Source: Psammoneis japonica (lineage: Eukaryota). Taken from it: a stretch of DNA of 64,000 nt. Positions within the stretch are counted from its first letter, which is position 1. The number at the start of each line of letters is the position of its first letter. The notes under the pieces are model-generated. The model had not been told where the DNA came from. It searched no databases and saw only the letters and a program-made list of their open reading frames with translations. This document shows, one piece after another, positions 25,278 through 37,831 of the stretch. The translations under genes and the position numbers were made by a program. The stretch covers positions 745,998 through 809,997 of the forward strand of contig QPGO01000015.1 in NCBI GenBank assembly GCA_008632985.1, in the 5' to 3' direction.

Positions 25278-25989
25278 TGAGTGTCTCTCCATGTGCTCTG
25301 GGCACCAGCTCATCCAGCTGGTTCATGGGGGCCAACGGCATTGCAGACAATCTGTGGGGCACAAGGAGAGCTGGAAGGAGAAACAAAACTCTGGGACTGA
25401 AGCCAAGCTAAAGAGGAAGTCATCAGAGAAGCAGGACAAGCCGGGCTCTGAGAACAAGAAAGACACAAAGAACAACAACAAAAACCAACCAAAGGCCAGA
25501 CAGAGAAGCAGACCACAAAGACACCAGCTCAGAAGGCAGCTGCAGCACCATCCTGGGCAGATGTCATTGCCTCCATTGGCCCACTCGGGAACAAAGATGA
25601 TGACACACAGCACACAAAAGCAACTCAAAAAGAAGTGCAGTTTGACCCAAAAAAACTTGAACAATGGTTCAAGCATCAACAAACAGATGACAGATCTGTC
25701 AAGACCACTCCTTCTGCCTGTTAAAAGCTCAAGGAGAATCAAGATGAAGTGGCTTTGTTGCATCAAGAGACAGCGGAGTTGAGAGCACAACAAAACACAG
25801 ACCCATCTGGTGGTTTGGCTGCATGTCCAATGGACATTGATGGCCATTCCAGTTCCCAGGCTAAGGGAGCTGGTCAAGACCCCCCAGCCACAATGTCAAT
25901 GGCAGATCAGTTGACAACTGCCAAAGGAGGATGAAATCAGGAAACAGCCGGTCAACAAAGAGGCAGGAGGTGGGGAGACAGAACTGCTC

Positions 25990-26770
25990 TCAAACACCAC
26001 AACTCAGTTTGCATCACCTTTCATGAAATCAGTGGATTGCCAGCAAGCATCTCCGATCATGACAAACACAGAGGAGTGCCAGACTGGATCAGTGCACACC
26101 ATGTGGATGCTGTTGAAATTGCTAAAACAAATCTCAACTTCAACAGGACACCCATGCACGAACAATGGTGGGATCATTGGAAAGCCTGCAAGGAGGCAGT
26201 GCATTGGCATCAACAAAAAACATTGCTCTGTTGACAAAAAACATTTGTGCGGGGGTGTCAGTCACTTGCTCATTGGTTCAGTTGGTCATCATCTGACAGA
26301 AAAAAGGAGAAGACCCCCAGATTTGGCCAATGGACCTGGGCTTGATTGCAAGGGAAGGCAGGACCACACACCAGGATCATTGCCACATGCCGCCCAGTGA
26401 AGATCACACATGCCAACCCTGGAAGAGTGTGCTCTCACAGCAAGAAACCTTCCTTCCATCCAAGAAAGATTTCAGATGCCCAAGACAAGCTCCACCAGAA
26501 GATCTGGAAGGAATGTTTGGAAATGGCAGGACAGAGACTGCTTGATCATCCTTGGAGGTGACTTAAACAAAAATGCTTGAGAGGTGCCTTTCTCCACCTC
26601 ATGTGGTGCACTCCTTTGATCTTGATGCTGCTGCGCAGCACACAATGCAACACGTTGGCACACCACAGCCTTCTGTGCCAAACTGGCCATGATGACCCCA
26701 CTGTCTTTTTGCAAGTCCACCTCCATGGACACCATGCAGATCATGTCACTGTGCTGTTGCAAGGCCACTG
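25990..26770 (+). mobile_element. Non-LTR retrotransposon (LINE) fragment with a degenerate apurinic-like endonuclease; probable ORF1 remnants upstream (about 24250-25930)
   Basis: Motifs HVDAVEIAKTNLNF, LGQWTWA*LQGKAGPHTRIIATCRP (family form TYRP) and IILGGDLNKN. Confidence 0.7.
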
Positions 26771-26781
26771 AAAATTCTGCA

Positions 26782-28446
26782 AGGTTGGTTGGTCAGAAAG
26801 AGAGCCCTCCTCCTGGTGGTCAGGCAAAACCAGCCCCTGCAGCAGTCTTGTGTGCTGAATCTCAGCCCACTTGTTGGCATGAAAGCTGTTGCCAACATGA
26901 TTGCTGTGACACCCATCTTTTCAATGGGCCCTGGCTGCCCCAACAAAGACAGCAGTGCTGCTCCGCATGTGACAGACAAGTGCGCTTGTCCTCAGGAGGT
27001 GGCATTTGCTTGGGCATCATTTCGTTGACCTTTGCTGCACCCAGAGGAGTGCCACATGCAGAGAGTCAACAGCCCTGGGTCACTCTGGGCACCCAGATCT
27101 GTGCCTGCTGGTGGCATGAACCATTGTGAAACAATTTGAAACTGAGGCCAGCAGCACTGGCGCACCTGCAAGCAGACAGCACATTGCCCAACACTCCGTT
27201 GTCTGCCCACTTTCACAAAATGCACTCTGTGGCCATTGGCCCCCCCCCCTCCCCATGCTTTTGGGCTTGACCACCCACTCAACATCTCCAGCTGCTGCCT
27301 TGGGGCAGCTGGCACATTGGCACTTTTGTGCACCCACCCTGATCAGATTTTTGAGCTGCTGGCACTCTGACAAATGCTCCGCCAGCATCTCAACCTGCAG
27401 GCAGAAAGAGCTGGCCACCCACACAACACTTCAAATGAGTGCCATGCTTGCTGCACCAGCAATGTGGCATTTTTGTGCTGAACTCCAACATGGAGGCCCC
27501 AGTTGCCCCCAACAACACCCTCAAAATCCTCATCATGCACTGCAGCCCTCCAGCCAATCTCTCTCTCACTTTTTCCCAACAGCTGCTTGGGTTTTCCATT
27601 TGAACCAGCATCTGTGAATTGTGCAAATGCCTCTGGAGGCCTCTGCTGCCCACCTTCAGGGGCACCAGGTGATGGCCTGGCCCCAGCAGCTGTGATTCCA
27701 TGTGACCATTTTCACTCCTGCACAAGCTGAGTGGACTCGTTCTCCACCTGGCCTGCCTCTGCTGCTGGAGAGCATGCAACCAGAGTGCTTTTGAATGGGA
27801 TTGGTGCCCTTGCCCAGAGAGTTCTGACATGCAGGGTGAGCAAGAAAAAGAGCAATGTGACAGGCACTGCCCCAAAACAGTCCCAAAAACTGCGACATGC
27901 CCAGCACCCACATGTTCAGGCCACCACAGTCGAGTGTTTTGGCTGCCATGTGACAGACTCAGCTGGTCATTTTGGCTTCTTTCAGTTTGTTGTTCTTCCA
28001 ACAAAGAACCATGAGAGAGCAACCAGCCACTTTGTTGCAAGAAAATTTTGTGCTCACACAACTCTCACCCTCTCTGGCCCTGCCAGCTCAGGGGGCTTTG
28101 GGAGAAGGCACTGGCTTGGTTGGTTTGCAGCTGCTGCTCTGTGTGCTGGTTGGCAGCACTTGCAGTCTCAAACTGAGTGCTTTGCACAAAAAGTGGCCAT
28201 CAGCTGAGCCTGTTCTTCTTGTCATTTCCCAAAGAACATTCACTCCATTTGTGCCAGATTTGCAGGAAGCTCAAAGGGGGGAAAAGAGAGAAGCTGCTCC
28301 TGAGCATCTAAACCATGGCATCAGCAATGAACGGGCAGAAGTGCAGAACACATTTTTTGTATTTTGGAAATGTGAAGCAGAAAGCAGTGGCCACCCTCCC
28401 AATGGGGCGTTGAATCGTTGGGGTTGGGTGGAGTAGACCAGATTGA
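26782..28446. repeat. Copy B of the long unclassified repeat (see 17442-19543)
   Basis: Colinear with copy A. Its right end coincides with the end of block A. Confidence 0.85.
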
Positions 28447-28666
28447 TGCGAATGATGAACACTCTGAGCCAACGGCAGCCGGCCACGCGTTTGACGTGCG
28501 TCGTATGTATGTACGCAAGCTGGAAGCGTCGACGTGGCGCCGCGAAAATCCATTCTCGGAATTCCGCCGCCAAGCATGCAACGTTTCTTCTCTCACTTTT
28601 TTCTTGCCCACTTACTACTTCCCAGCGCCTGTTAGTTAAGACGAGAAACGAAGTGACAAAATCGAT

Positions 28667-29208
28667 ATGATGAGAGCACTCGCTCTACTCACATGCTTCT
28701 ATGTCACCCGGTCTGATGCGTTTTCGTCTAGGCAACCATTACCATTGCAAAGCCGCTTCAATTTATCTCGGAACGATATAACGCTTAGTATTTCATCGCC
28801 CACAGATTCTTTCTTGGAAAGTTCACTATCAAGTCCTCTGAGTGACAAAATTGATGCGATTGAGAGAGACATGAAACGAAACCAAAGAGCAGCGGAGGAA
28901 ATGATGACAAGGATCGAGAAGGATGTGAGTTTACAGAGGATGCTACGATCAGAATCGAAAGCTTCGCTGGAGAATTGAAGCTTGTAAAAACTGACATGAT
29001 TATGCGTTTGAATGAAGCTAGAAATCACTATGAGGATGATCGAAACGAGATGTTGAGGGAGCACAAGCGAGAGATTGAAGAGAAAGAAAGACTAATCAGG
29101 GACTACGAGAAGGAACGGTCGAGTTTGCGGAATTGCTTAAGCGCATTCTTGTTCTTGCTGCTTCTCGAGTCAAAACCGTTATCGGACGCGAAGCAAAATT
29201 GTAAATGA
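28667..29208 (+). CDS. Probable plastid-targeted coiled-coil hypothetical protein with an apparent frameshift near 28975
   Basis: Signal-like MMRALALLTCFYVTRSDAF and a Ser-rich transit region. The charged coiled coil continues in the adjacent frame 28975-29208. Confidence 0.55.
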
Positions 29209-29314
29209 GCAGATCTTGTTTGCAAAGAGCATCGTGCGGTTCTTGAAAATAGACCATGGAAACTGTAGCAGTATTTCATGGATCAAACCACTGGTGCTGG
29301 TTTTGTTTTCCCAG

Positions 29315-30279
29315 CTAGTTTGGAGAAATTGTGTCCATGTTAACATCAATCCCCCACTGGGCTCCATTGAAGTGCCACAAATCATCTAAAACTACATCTG
29401 CAAGGTTCTGAAACACGTCCTTCTTCATTCGCGGATCAGGCACAGCAACCACACTGCAGCCAGCTGCCACACCGGCTCTGGCTCCAGACAACGCATCTTC
29501 AAAAACAAGACATTCTGAAGGCTTTAAACCGAGTCGACGGGCCGCTTCCAAGTACATGTCTGGAGCAGGTTTTCCATTCTTTACTGCGGGGTCATCTCCA
29601 GCGACAACCGCTGTCATTTTTTGAAACATGGACTCATGTCTGGTTTTTGTATGCAAGACAAACAAACACGTTTCTTTAGAAATTCATACTTTCTTGGTTC
29701 ACAATAAAATGTGCCACAATACAGACCTTTTCCGCTTCTTCATAACTGAAGCCATTCGGCTGGAAGTGGCGATGGCGAGTGGAATACCGCGATTGTGTAG
29801 CTCCTGTACAAGTTCACTCGCTCCAGGGCAGGCCTTTACCTCGCCACATAGATCGTTTAGATGGCTCTCCCAGTCAACCCAAAACTGATCCCTGAAAGCA
29901 GACGTTACAATCTATTGTTAAGTAAAACTGCAGCAAAAAAGCTCAAAACGTAAGCGAGGAACTTGATGAGTTGGTCGTACAATGTCGGTGGAGGCGATAG
30001 AGAAGAATTCTTATCCGAGACACCCCAGTGTTCTTTTCCGTAGTTGAGTACAATGGGAATCCACTCCGCTCCTCTCAGCCCTAGAATTTGTTTCTTAAGC
30101 TCCCACGGCAAAACCCAGCCCGTCTGAGCCAATAATTCATCCCTCACATGCGATGGAAGAGAATCGCCGAACGCCTTGACAACTGCAATGTCGCTTAGCG
30201 CCTCCGTATCTAGCAGCGTACCGTCCAAATCAAATAGCACACCCTTGATGGCGTTGCTAGATGCTTGCATCCCCGTCAT
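29315..30279 (-). CDS. HAD-superfamily phosphatase (pseudouridine-5'-phosphatase / HDHD1-like), multi-exon
   Basis: Motif I VLFDLDGTLLDTE, then AIATSS, GKPAPDMY and CLVFEDALSGARAGVAAG. Confidence 0.88.
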
Positions 30280-30618
30280 GTTTGAAAGGCGGGATGCCGA
30301 TTGCCGAGGAAAGAATGAGAAAATTTGGAGTAGGAGTAGTTGTGAGACCTTCGAAGCGATCGAGCGGCGGCGTGTGAGAAAAGGCGCGCCCGAAACATAC
30401 AGCGAAAACACCAATGACGTCAGCGAGGATTGGATCGTCGAATACTGTAATCATCAATCCAGAATGCGCTGATGGATGTCCAGACACCAGACAATATTGG
30501 AATCACCATGATGTAGTGTCCTGTGTCCGCGATGATTGTCTTCATCTCCAAGGTGCCAGTCGCTAGAGGAGAGACACTCTAGAGTAGAGAGTAGACTTCA
30601 CCGAGCGCAACAACCAGG

Positions 30619-31524
30619 ATGGCTCGTACCGGTATGCTCGCATGTCTACTGCTTTTGGTGCTGCAAGTTGGCATCCTTCCTCTTGGCAATTGTCTATCAC
30701 CCCCCAAGCACGCAAATATTCCAAGACGCAAAGCATTCCAATGCACCGTTGGGCTGTCGCAACAATGATAAGTCCGGCTGTCCTACCTTCCTACCTGCCT
30801 TCGTACGATGGTTTTCTGCTTCCTGCTTTGGCATTGGATCTTTCGTCGTACCAGGATGGGCCTAGAGGACTGAAATACCAGGTTACTCTTGAGGGTGACG
30901 GACCCCAGCCGGTTCGCGCTCAAAAAGTGAGCACAAGCTATTCACTTTATCTGAAGGGGTTTCCCGAAGACGGCGGCGAAAAAATCGATAGCAGCAAAGG
31001 ATTGCTGGGCGACAAGCCATTTGAATTTATGGTTGGCGTTGGACAGGTGATAAAAGGTTGGGATATTTCTCTTCTTGATATGAATGTTGGTGAGGCGAGA
31101 AGGCTTGTCATTCCCTCGGATATGGGTTATGGTGACAAGGGTAAGTGCAGCTACGAGCCTTCTACTACTCCTAGTGCATAATCTCGCGCATCGGAGAGGA
31201 TGACGACACAGAACAATCAATAGGATCGATAGGACTGAACATTGTGATGTCAACGATTTATTAAATGCATGACTGACTCCGAAAGTCGTTGTTCTGAACG
31301 ACGTTGCGGCAAGAAATCAAAAACGAAGGCACAAACGTCAGATTTGTGCTCTCTAACACTTCTTTGTTCTCCATCATTTCTTACAACACATTTTTGTAAC
31401 AGGCGCAGGCGGAAAGATCCCGGGAGGAGCTACTCTCTACTTTGAGGTAGAGCTAAAGGGAGTTGGTAAAGAACCTGAACTAAAACCCGAACAATTGAAG
31501 TGGCTTGAAGAGCATCCCTTGTAG
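30619..31524 (+). CDS. FKBP-type peptidyl-prolyl isomerase, probably in the thylakoid lumen, with an apparent 1 bp frameshift in a G run near 30752
   Basis: Signal peptide MARTGMLACLLLLVLQV, RR motif IPRRKAF and ALA cleavage site. FKBP core KIDSS...PFEFMVGVGQVIKGWD...GEARRLVIPSDMGYG, then exon GAGGKIPGGATLYFEVEL. Confidence 0.88.
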
Positions 31525-31621
31525 CGGGTGCGATACCCTTCCTCTATGATTTTTGTGGGGCAGACATGGCAACCACAGTAGGAAACGTCGTAGTCTAAGT
31601 CCTTTCAAGTAAGATCTATGA

Positions 31622-33621
31622 CTACCGAACGCTCCAATCGATTGGATCTTGCCCAAATTTCTGCAATGCAACATTCGCTCGAGAGAAGCATTTCGATCCT
31701 AGGAACGGTGATTTGGTTTTTGCCGCTCCCAAAGGACTAGGATGGCTTGTCCTTATGATACAGTGTTTCGATTCATCCACTCTGCTTCCCTTCTTCTGTG
31801 AGGGATTGCCCCACAATAGAAACACCAATGATCTTGGACCTTTGTCGAGGGCAGCAACGATTTCATCGGTAACCTCCTCCCATCCCACACTGGCGTGACT
31901 ATTGGCTTGTCCCCTTCGTACTGTAAGCACCGCATTGATCATGAGCACCCCTTGTTTCGCCCAATATTCCAAGTTTCCATGTGGTGGATTGGGAATCCCT
32001 ACATCAGCCATGGCTTCTCTGAATATGTTCTTCAGAGACGCAGGAGGACTCACACCTCTTCGAACTGAAAACGAAAGACCGTGAGCTTGTCCGCCGTGGT
32101 AAGGATCCTTTTCACATTGTAATAAAATGAAAGGTCAAACGTGTTGTGGGAATTGTCAACCATCAAACAAAGTGATCTTATCTTGTCACTGTAACTTACC
32201 TGCCCGATAATGACAACCTTGACCTGATCAAGAGGGCATAGATTCAAGGCAGAGAAGATTTCATTTTCTGGCGGATAGACTGTTTTACCTCCAACTCTTT
32301 CGCTTTCAAGAAACATCGCTAGGTCCTGGAAGGATTCCGAGTGGAATGTGTTCGAAAGGGCGGACTTCCATGTGGGCTCTTTCAGTCCGGCGACAAGGCG
32401 TTCCACCGCGGGAGCTGCGTCCGCAGTTGCGTCGTCAGACTGGTAACCTCTGTTTTTACTCTCTGTATTAGCATCTTCTTTGTTTATTGGTGACGCGTCT
32501 CCCTTTCGTAGAATGCGAGGGAGAAAGAGCTGGTCTTCCACATACCAAATTGCACGGCCGTGCGGTCCATCCGTTTCCTTGATCACCGGCTTTCCCTTCG
32601 CACATACATTGCGCCCATAACATTGAAGTTCAAACTGAAATTGACCTCGTGTTCCATCAACACCACGAAAGGTGCCCCCCTTTCTTGTTAGTCCCTGAGC
32701 TTTGTAAGATTCGAGCGCTATAGACTGAATCTCACGGAACAGCGATCTTTGCTGGTCAGTTGTCAATTCACTTACGGAGCAAAATGGATCAATGCTTGCT
32801 CGGTATAGACTTTCCGATAGGATGTAGTTCCCAATACCAGCCAATTTCGACTGATTCAGTAGAAATTTGCAAACATTTAGCTCTGGCTTTTGTTTGGACA
32901 CAAGGGCGACAAAAACCTCTTCGGTTGTGGCTTCGGTATTCAAAATATCTGGACCCAACTTGCTTAGCTTATCCGCCAATGCGGTTTGCGACAAACAAAA
33001 CTTGAGAGTTCCAAAATTTCGGGAATCATGGTAGTATATCTTTCGTCTTTGTCGAGTATTCACGTCCAGGAGTTCAAGATACCATCTCGCGTGTGCTGGA
33101 TTAGTTTCATGGGCAGCTTGACTCAAAAAACGGCCGCTCATCCCCAAGGTTATCCAGATACTCCTTTGAAAGTCACCATCAGAAAACCGATTGTTTCCGT
33201 CATCGAGGATTATGTAAATAAACTTTCCCTTGACGTTCCACTCCCGGATCATGTCAACGCTTGCTGTGGGGCTAGCATCGCTGCAGAGAGTCATAGTTTT
33301 TGCAAAGCCATCAAAACCATCGGGTTTTCCATGTCTGACATACCGCCCAGACAGAAAGCTGATATCGCAGAGTCGCATTCCAACCCCTCCCTGTAATTGA
33401 TCGACCAGCGTACGCACTTCGGGTCCTTCCGGCATCATTGTGATAAGTGCTCGAGTGGAATAACTTGCTCGGCGTCCTCCCCGATAGGGAGATACTCGAA
33501 CTCCAGAAGAACGGTCACAAAACGACGATGTCTTTGCGGCTAACGCTTTTACAAAACTTCTGCTACAGTATGTCATGGACGACAGACACAGTAACACAAG
33601 CATGAGTCTTTCATGCCTCAT
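31622..33621 (-). CDS. Fusion of an Fpg/Nei-family DNA glycosylase and a family-1 uracil-DNA glycosylase, with an N-terminal targeting presequence
   Basis: Fpg/Nei motifs MPEGPEV, KGKFI, LGMSG, DSRNFG and H2TH LLNQSKLAGIGNYILSESLYRA. These run in frame into UNG VYPPENEIF...KVVIIGQ, intron, DPYHG...HGLSFSV, NAVLTV and HPSPL. The start codon is uncertain. Confidence 0.9.
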
Positions 33622-33972
33622 GCTTTGAGTGTCATGGGCAAAGTACCGCCGGGACAAGGGACAAGTACCATCGTCTTGTTTTCTTTGTTGTTTTCGTGCC
33701 GTGTGCCGTGCTGCGGCTCGCGCGAGCTCGCGCGACATTGAAAGATTTATTGTGTTGTCAGCAAGAAAATCACACATGGTTTCCGACTCTCACTCGTTTT
33801 CAAATTTGAAAGTGACTGCGTGAACTCGCGACTTCGCTTCGACACATTCGACAACAAAATGGCGCAAGACACAACGGTCGACATTACAAAGCCGCCGTTC
33901 AATTTCCTTGTCCGAAATAAAACAATGGGCAGCGGCAAACCTTTCTAACTACATAACCTTTTGTCGATTGCT

Positions 33973-36588
33973 ATGGTACTATCGCAGAACCCACCGCCGG
34001 TCGTGCGTAATCCTTACGCAAAGCCGCCAGCAAAGCGCCAGCGACAGAACGAAAGCATCAGCCTCGGAACGGAAGGAATACCGACCATAGCGAGGAATGA
34101 AGTTGGCAATGGAACTGTATCTGTCGCATATGGAAGAAGGTGTGAAGCTTCAATTCAAAATGGGTCTTTAAAATCGGATTCCCCAGCAGTACAAGGCGCT
34201 CACGTTTCTACCATGTCGAATAATCAACATCGACTAGCCCAGATGTCAAACCCATATCGCAAATCGCCAGAAAGACCAACGCTTCCCATTCAACAGGCGC
34301 ATGATTATACATTGCCTATGAAACAGCGCGAAAATCAGGAAATGCCTCCCTCGCCCTGTCAGGAAAGCTCTACAAACCAAACAGATTTGTTTGATACAGG
34401 TTTTAACTGGGAAGCTGCTGCTGCCGAACTAAATTATGCATGTTCGCAGACAACATCATTTTCAGCTAACGGCAGCGGAGATCAAAATGATGTTTATCGC
34501 AAGTCCACGTCGACAAACGAGCTCACCAGTTGCCATAGTGACAATGTAGCTGCGCGGAGAGAAAGCACCGCACACGCCCCACCGACTTCGGTATCACGCA
34601 CAGCATCTGGTCCTTCGTTGCATGTCTCGGGACAGAGTCAAGATTCGCGACAGGTAGCATCATCTACGGCAGCGGCGCTAGGTCATGGCATTCGCCCATC
34701 GTCTTGGCTGCGATCAGGCCAACCCGCGGTCCCAGATTCGCAAGTGTCCACTACTTCATCTTTAGATCGATCAAATTTTTCAGCAGGCAGCAAGACAGGA
34801 TCGAACGCCGCTGCTTCCTCTGTCGGAAGTGGCAAGCCACAGCTCCCTCACCAGTTGAACTACTCTCCGGCAAGTGTCCTACCAGTTGCTGATGAATACC
34901 GTGGATTACTCATAAAGAATGCGGACTTATCTACGCCACTCTTGAACGGATGGACTTTGTTTCAACATCAAAAACGAGCGATATTGAAAGGTCTGGTTAT
35001 GAGACGTGTGATACTAGCTTTGGATATGGGATTAGGGAAAACATGCATTGGCTGTGTTTGGTCGAAAGCATTCTACAAAACTTTTCCGGACCTAAGGATA
35101 TACGTCATCTGCCCTGTGTCTTTAAAGAAGGAGTGGAAGCGTACAGCTGTCGAAGCTGTAGGGCTTGAAGCAACAGAGGATGAGATGAAAGACGGCGAAA
35201 GTGGGATGCAAGTCTGCAGCTGGTCCAAGGTTCCTTCGATCAAATCCACTAAAGATTTTAAATTTATCATTGTGTGTGATGAAGCTCATTCAATGCAGTC
35301 CATGCAATCAGCAAGAACAAAGAATGCTCTTCAGCTAGCATCCTCAAGACGGTAAGCACGATTACCTTGTGGTTGGCCATTCGACATAATTTTTCCTTTC
35401 CGCTAATTCGTTCTGCTCTTTATCAGGTGCTTGGGCGTCCTACTTTTAACGGGGACTCCAATGAAAAACGGAAAGCCATTAAACCTTTTTCCATTGCTGA
35501 AAGCAGTCCGTCACCCTTTTGGGTATAACCAAAAGGCCTATGAGATTCATTTTTGTGAAGGCAGGGAGAAATCCTTTGGGAGAGGCCGCTCGATCTGGGA
35601 CGCCAACGGCGCTTCCAATCTACCACTGCTACGGGCGCACATATCAAGCCATTTATTGCACATGACAAAAGAAGACTGCCTCAAAGATTTGCCTCCGCAG
35701 ACACGAGTTTTCCATAAGATACCTGTGAGCAGTCGATATCAGCTTAGACACGACGATGCCCTCAAGGACTTGGTAAGTATCCCACACAATTAGCTGAAAT
35801 GACTTTCTTTATTTGCTTCTTGCAGAAGTAGCTGATTTGCCCCCCTGTCGTATTCCTTGGAAGGCTCGATTGTATCAGAACAGTCAGAATTTCGAGAATA
35901 GCTGTGATGTTATTCTCACCGCCGTTCAAAGAGTTCGGAAGATTGGTTCTGAGTCGAAGATTGATTCAACTGTTGCTCTCGCAAAATCTGTATTGGAGGA
36001 GGAGCCGGCGGTTGTTATCTTTACTAGTTTTGTAGGGGTTGCACAGTCGGTCCACAAGAGATTAGGAGAGCTTGGTTGGTCGGGAGAACTTTTGACTGGA
36101 GAAACAGCTCAGAATAAACGACAAGCAATGGTTGACAACTTTCAGGTATGTCACTCATGTATCTTCCAACCTATCATTTCACTACTATGAGGCCTCGTTC
36201 ATTGTCGGAGGAAGCTGATCCCTCCATATCTCTTGTCTTCGTAGGCCGGAATGTCGTCTGTGTTTGTTTGTACTTTTGGTGCCGGTGGTGTTGGATTGAC
36301 ACTGACAGCGGCACACACGGTCATCTTATTGGATCGCCCATGGACTCCAGGAGATGCATCACAAGCGGAAGACAGAGTCAGAAGAATTGGGCAGACCAAA
36401 CCCGTCAAGAGCATTTGGGTAGTAGCGTTTGATCTGGATGAACAAATTGACTCGGTGTTGGAGCAGAAAAGCCAGAACGCCAGCACTGTCTTGACTCAGG
36501 AGGAGGTGATGATTCAGGGACTGTCGTTGACTCGGCTCCAAAAATATCTATTTTTCGACTACTCAAGTCTGTCTTGCCGCGCTTTTAA
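33973..36588 (+). CDS. SNF2-family helicase, SMARCAL1/HARP-like (multi-exon)
   Basis: Motifs ALDMGLGKT, VCDEAH, LLTGTP, GAGGVGLTLTAA and PWTPGDASQAEDRVRRIGQ. Long disordered N-terminus with NPY motifs. Confidence 0.88.
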
Positions 36589-36666
36589 ATGGTGTCGACC
36601 TGTCAGAAAGCAATTCATAATACATTATTTTTAAATAATACACCAAGCCCTTATCGTCTTTGCTAC

Positions 36667-37344
36667 TTAAGTTGAAGCTTCGTCTCCATCCAACTGGACT
36701 GTTTCGCCGGAAAACATCCCACCGAATAGTCCTCCTTTCTTTTCTTCTTTCGGTTTCGCCTCGGTGTCGGTTTCCAGTATTTTGCTTCCGATGTTTTTGA
36801 ACGCATTCAAAACATCACCGGGAGTGAGCGGCTTTTCTTCTTCGACTTCAATGCTGACCGGCGATTCGTAGTTTTCATCCATAATGACAACATCGTCGTC
36901 ATTAAAATCTTGTTTATCGTCATCAGAATTCATGTTGTCAAGGATTGTGTAGAGACTGCTAACGGGACCGCGGTAAAGTTGCAACTCTAATTCACCTTGA
37001 GCATCAACCAACATTGACATTACCGTATCGAAGCTTTCTCCCACCACCATTTCACCGTTTATGGCTACCAGATTATCACCCAAACGCAATCCTGCTCTAC
37101 CTCCATTGAGTCCTTCCGACACATCATCCACTACGAGGCCAAAGAATGGTTCTGGGTTCTCCCCAAAAACGACGCCAAGTGGCTTCTCGACCACCGTGGT
37201 GTAACCAACACCTTCAAAGTAGCTGAAACGACTTGAGAACAATCTCGTCGCGGGTTGAAAGGCGCTGGGAACAACGAACCCGTGTGTTTCAATCAACAAG
37301 GCGAAAGCTGCGATAGCAAGGATCAATCGCGTAGTCATCGTCAT
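36667..37344 (-). CDS. Plastid-targeted PDZ-domain protein
   Basis: Presequence MTMTTRLILAIAAFALLIETHGF. PDZ core EKPLGVVFGE...GGRAGLRLGDNLVAINGE...FDTVM. Confidence 0.8.
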   Translation of the reverse strand: MTMTTRLILAIAAFALLIETHGFVVPSAFQPATRLFSSRFSYFEGVGYTTVVEKPLGVVFGENPEPFFGLVVDDVSEGLNGGRAGLRLGDNLVAINGEMVVGESFDTVMSMLVDAQGELELQLYRGPVSSLYTILDNMNSDDDKQDFNDDDVVIMDENYESPVSIEVEEEKPLTPGDVLNAFKNIGSKILETDTEAKPKEEKKGGLFGGMFSGETVQLDGDEAST

Positions 37345-37831
37345 GGTGACACGAACGAGAAAAAACAAAAAGATATTCCGCGACTTCAACGTGCTTCCGC
37401 GCGCATGTTGAAAGGCAATCGAATGAATCAAACTTGAGCACGCACGGACGCACGGACCGATCACGCGGATAGCACTACTCGTACTCGCACTCGATCGAAA
37501 ACCACGAAACTGGCAGTCGACCATGCTCGTCTCCTGTCTTCTGCGGTTTATTTCATACTGTATTGCATGCTCTGCCTTTCACGGCCCCGTTGACTGAGTA
37601 GTCTGTTGAACAAAGATGAATCATCAGAAAGGAATGTGGGAAGGCCTTGGTGGTCCGGTCAACACAACGCGACCGAATTTTGATGACATTGATCCAACTC
37701 TTGCTGCTTGTTGTCGTCGCGAGGTATGTTACAATGTTGCGTGTTGACTGAGTGTGACGTAGTTTGTGTAAGCCGTTGCTTCTCGAACATGGCATGCAGA
37801 CTTACACTTGTGCCTTGTAAATGGCCCATAG

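Larger units (their letters stand above)
11430..28440. other. TpA- and CpG-depleted nested transposon block A
   Basis: Most 60 bp lines contain no TA and no CG, and the block is very TG/CA rich. Six-frame ORFs are Cys/His rich and nearly Tyr free. Confidence 0.95.

Noticed and set aside
17442..28446. Copies A and B as the two LTRs of the Copia between them
   Set aside because: The Copia PBS follows a separate short LTR remnant ending at 19593, the copies lack TG...CA ends, and a LINE fragment and a MITE intervene.
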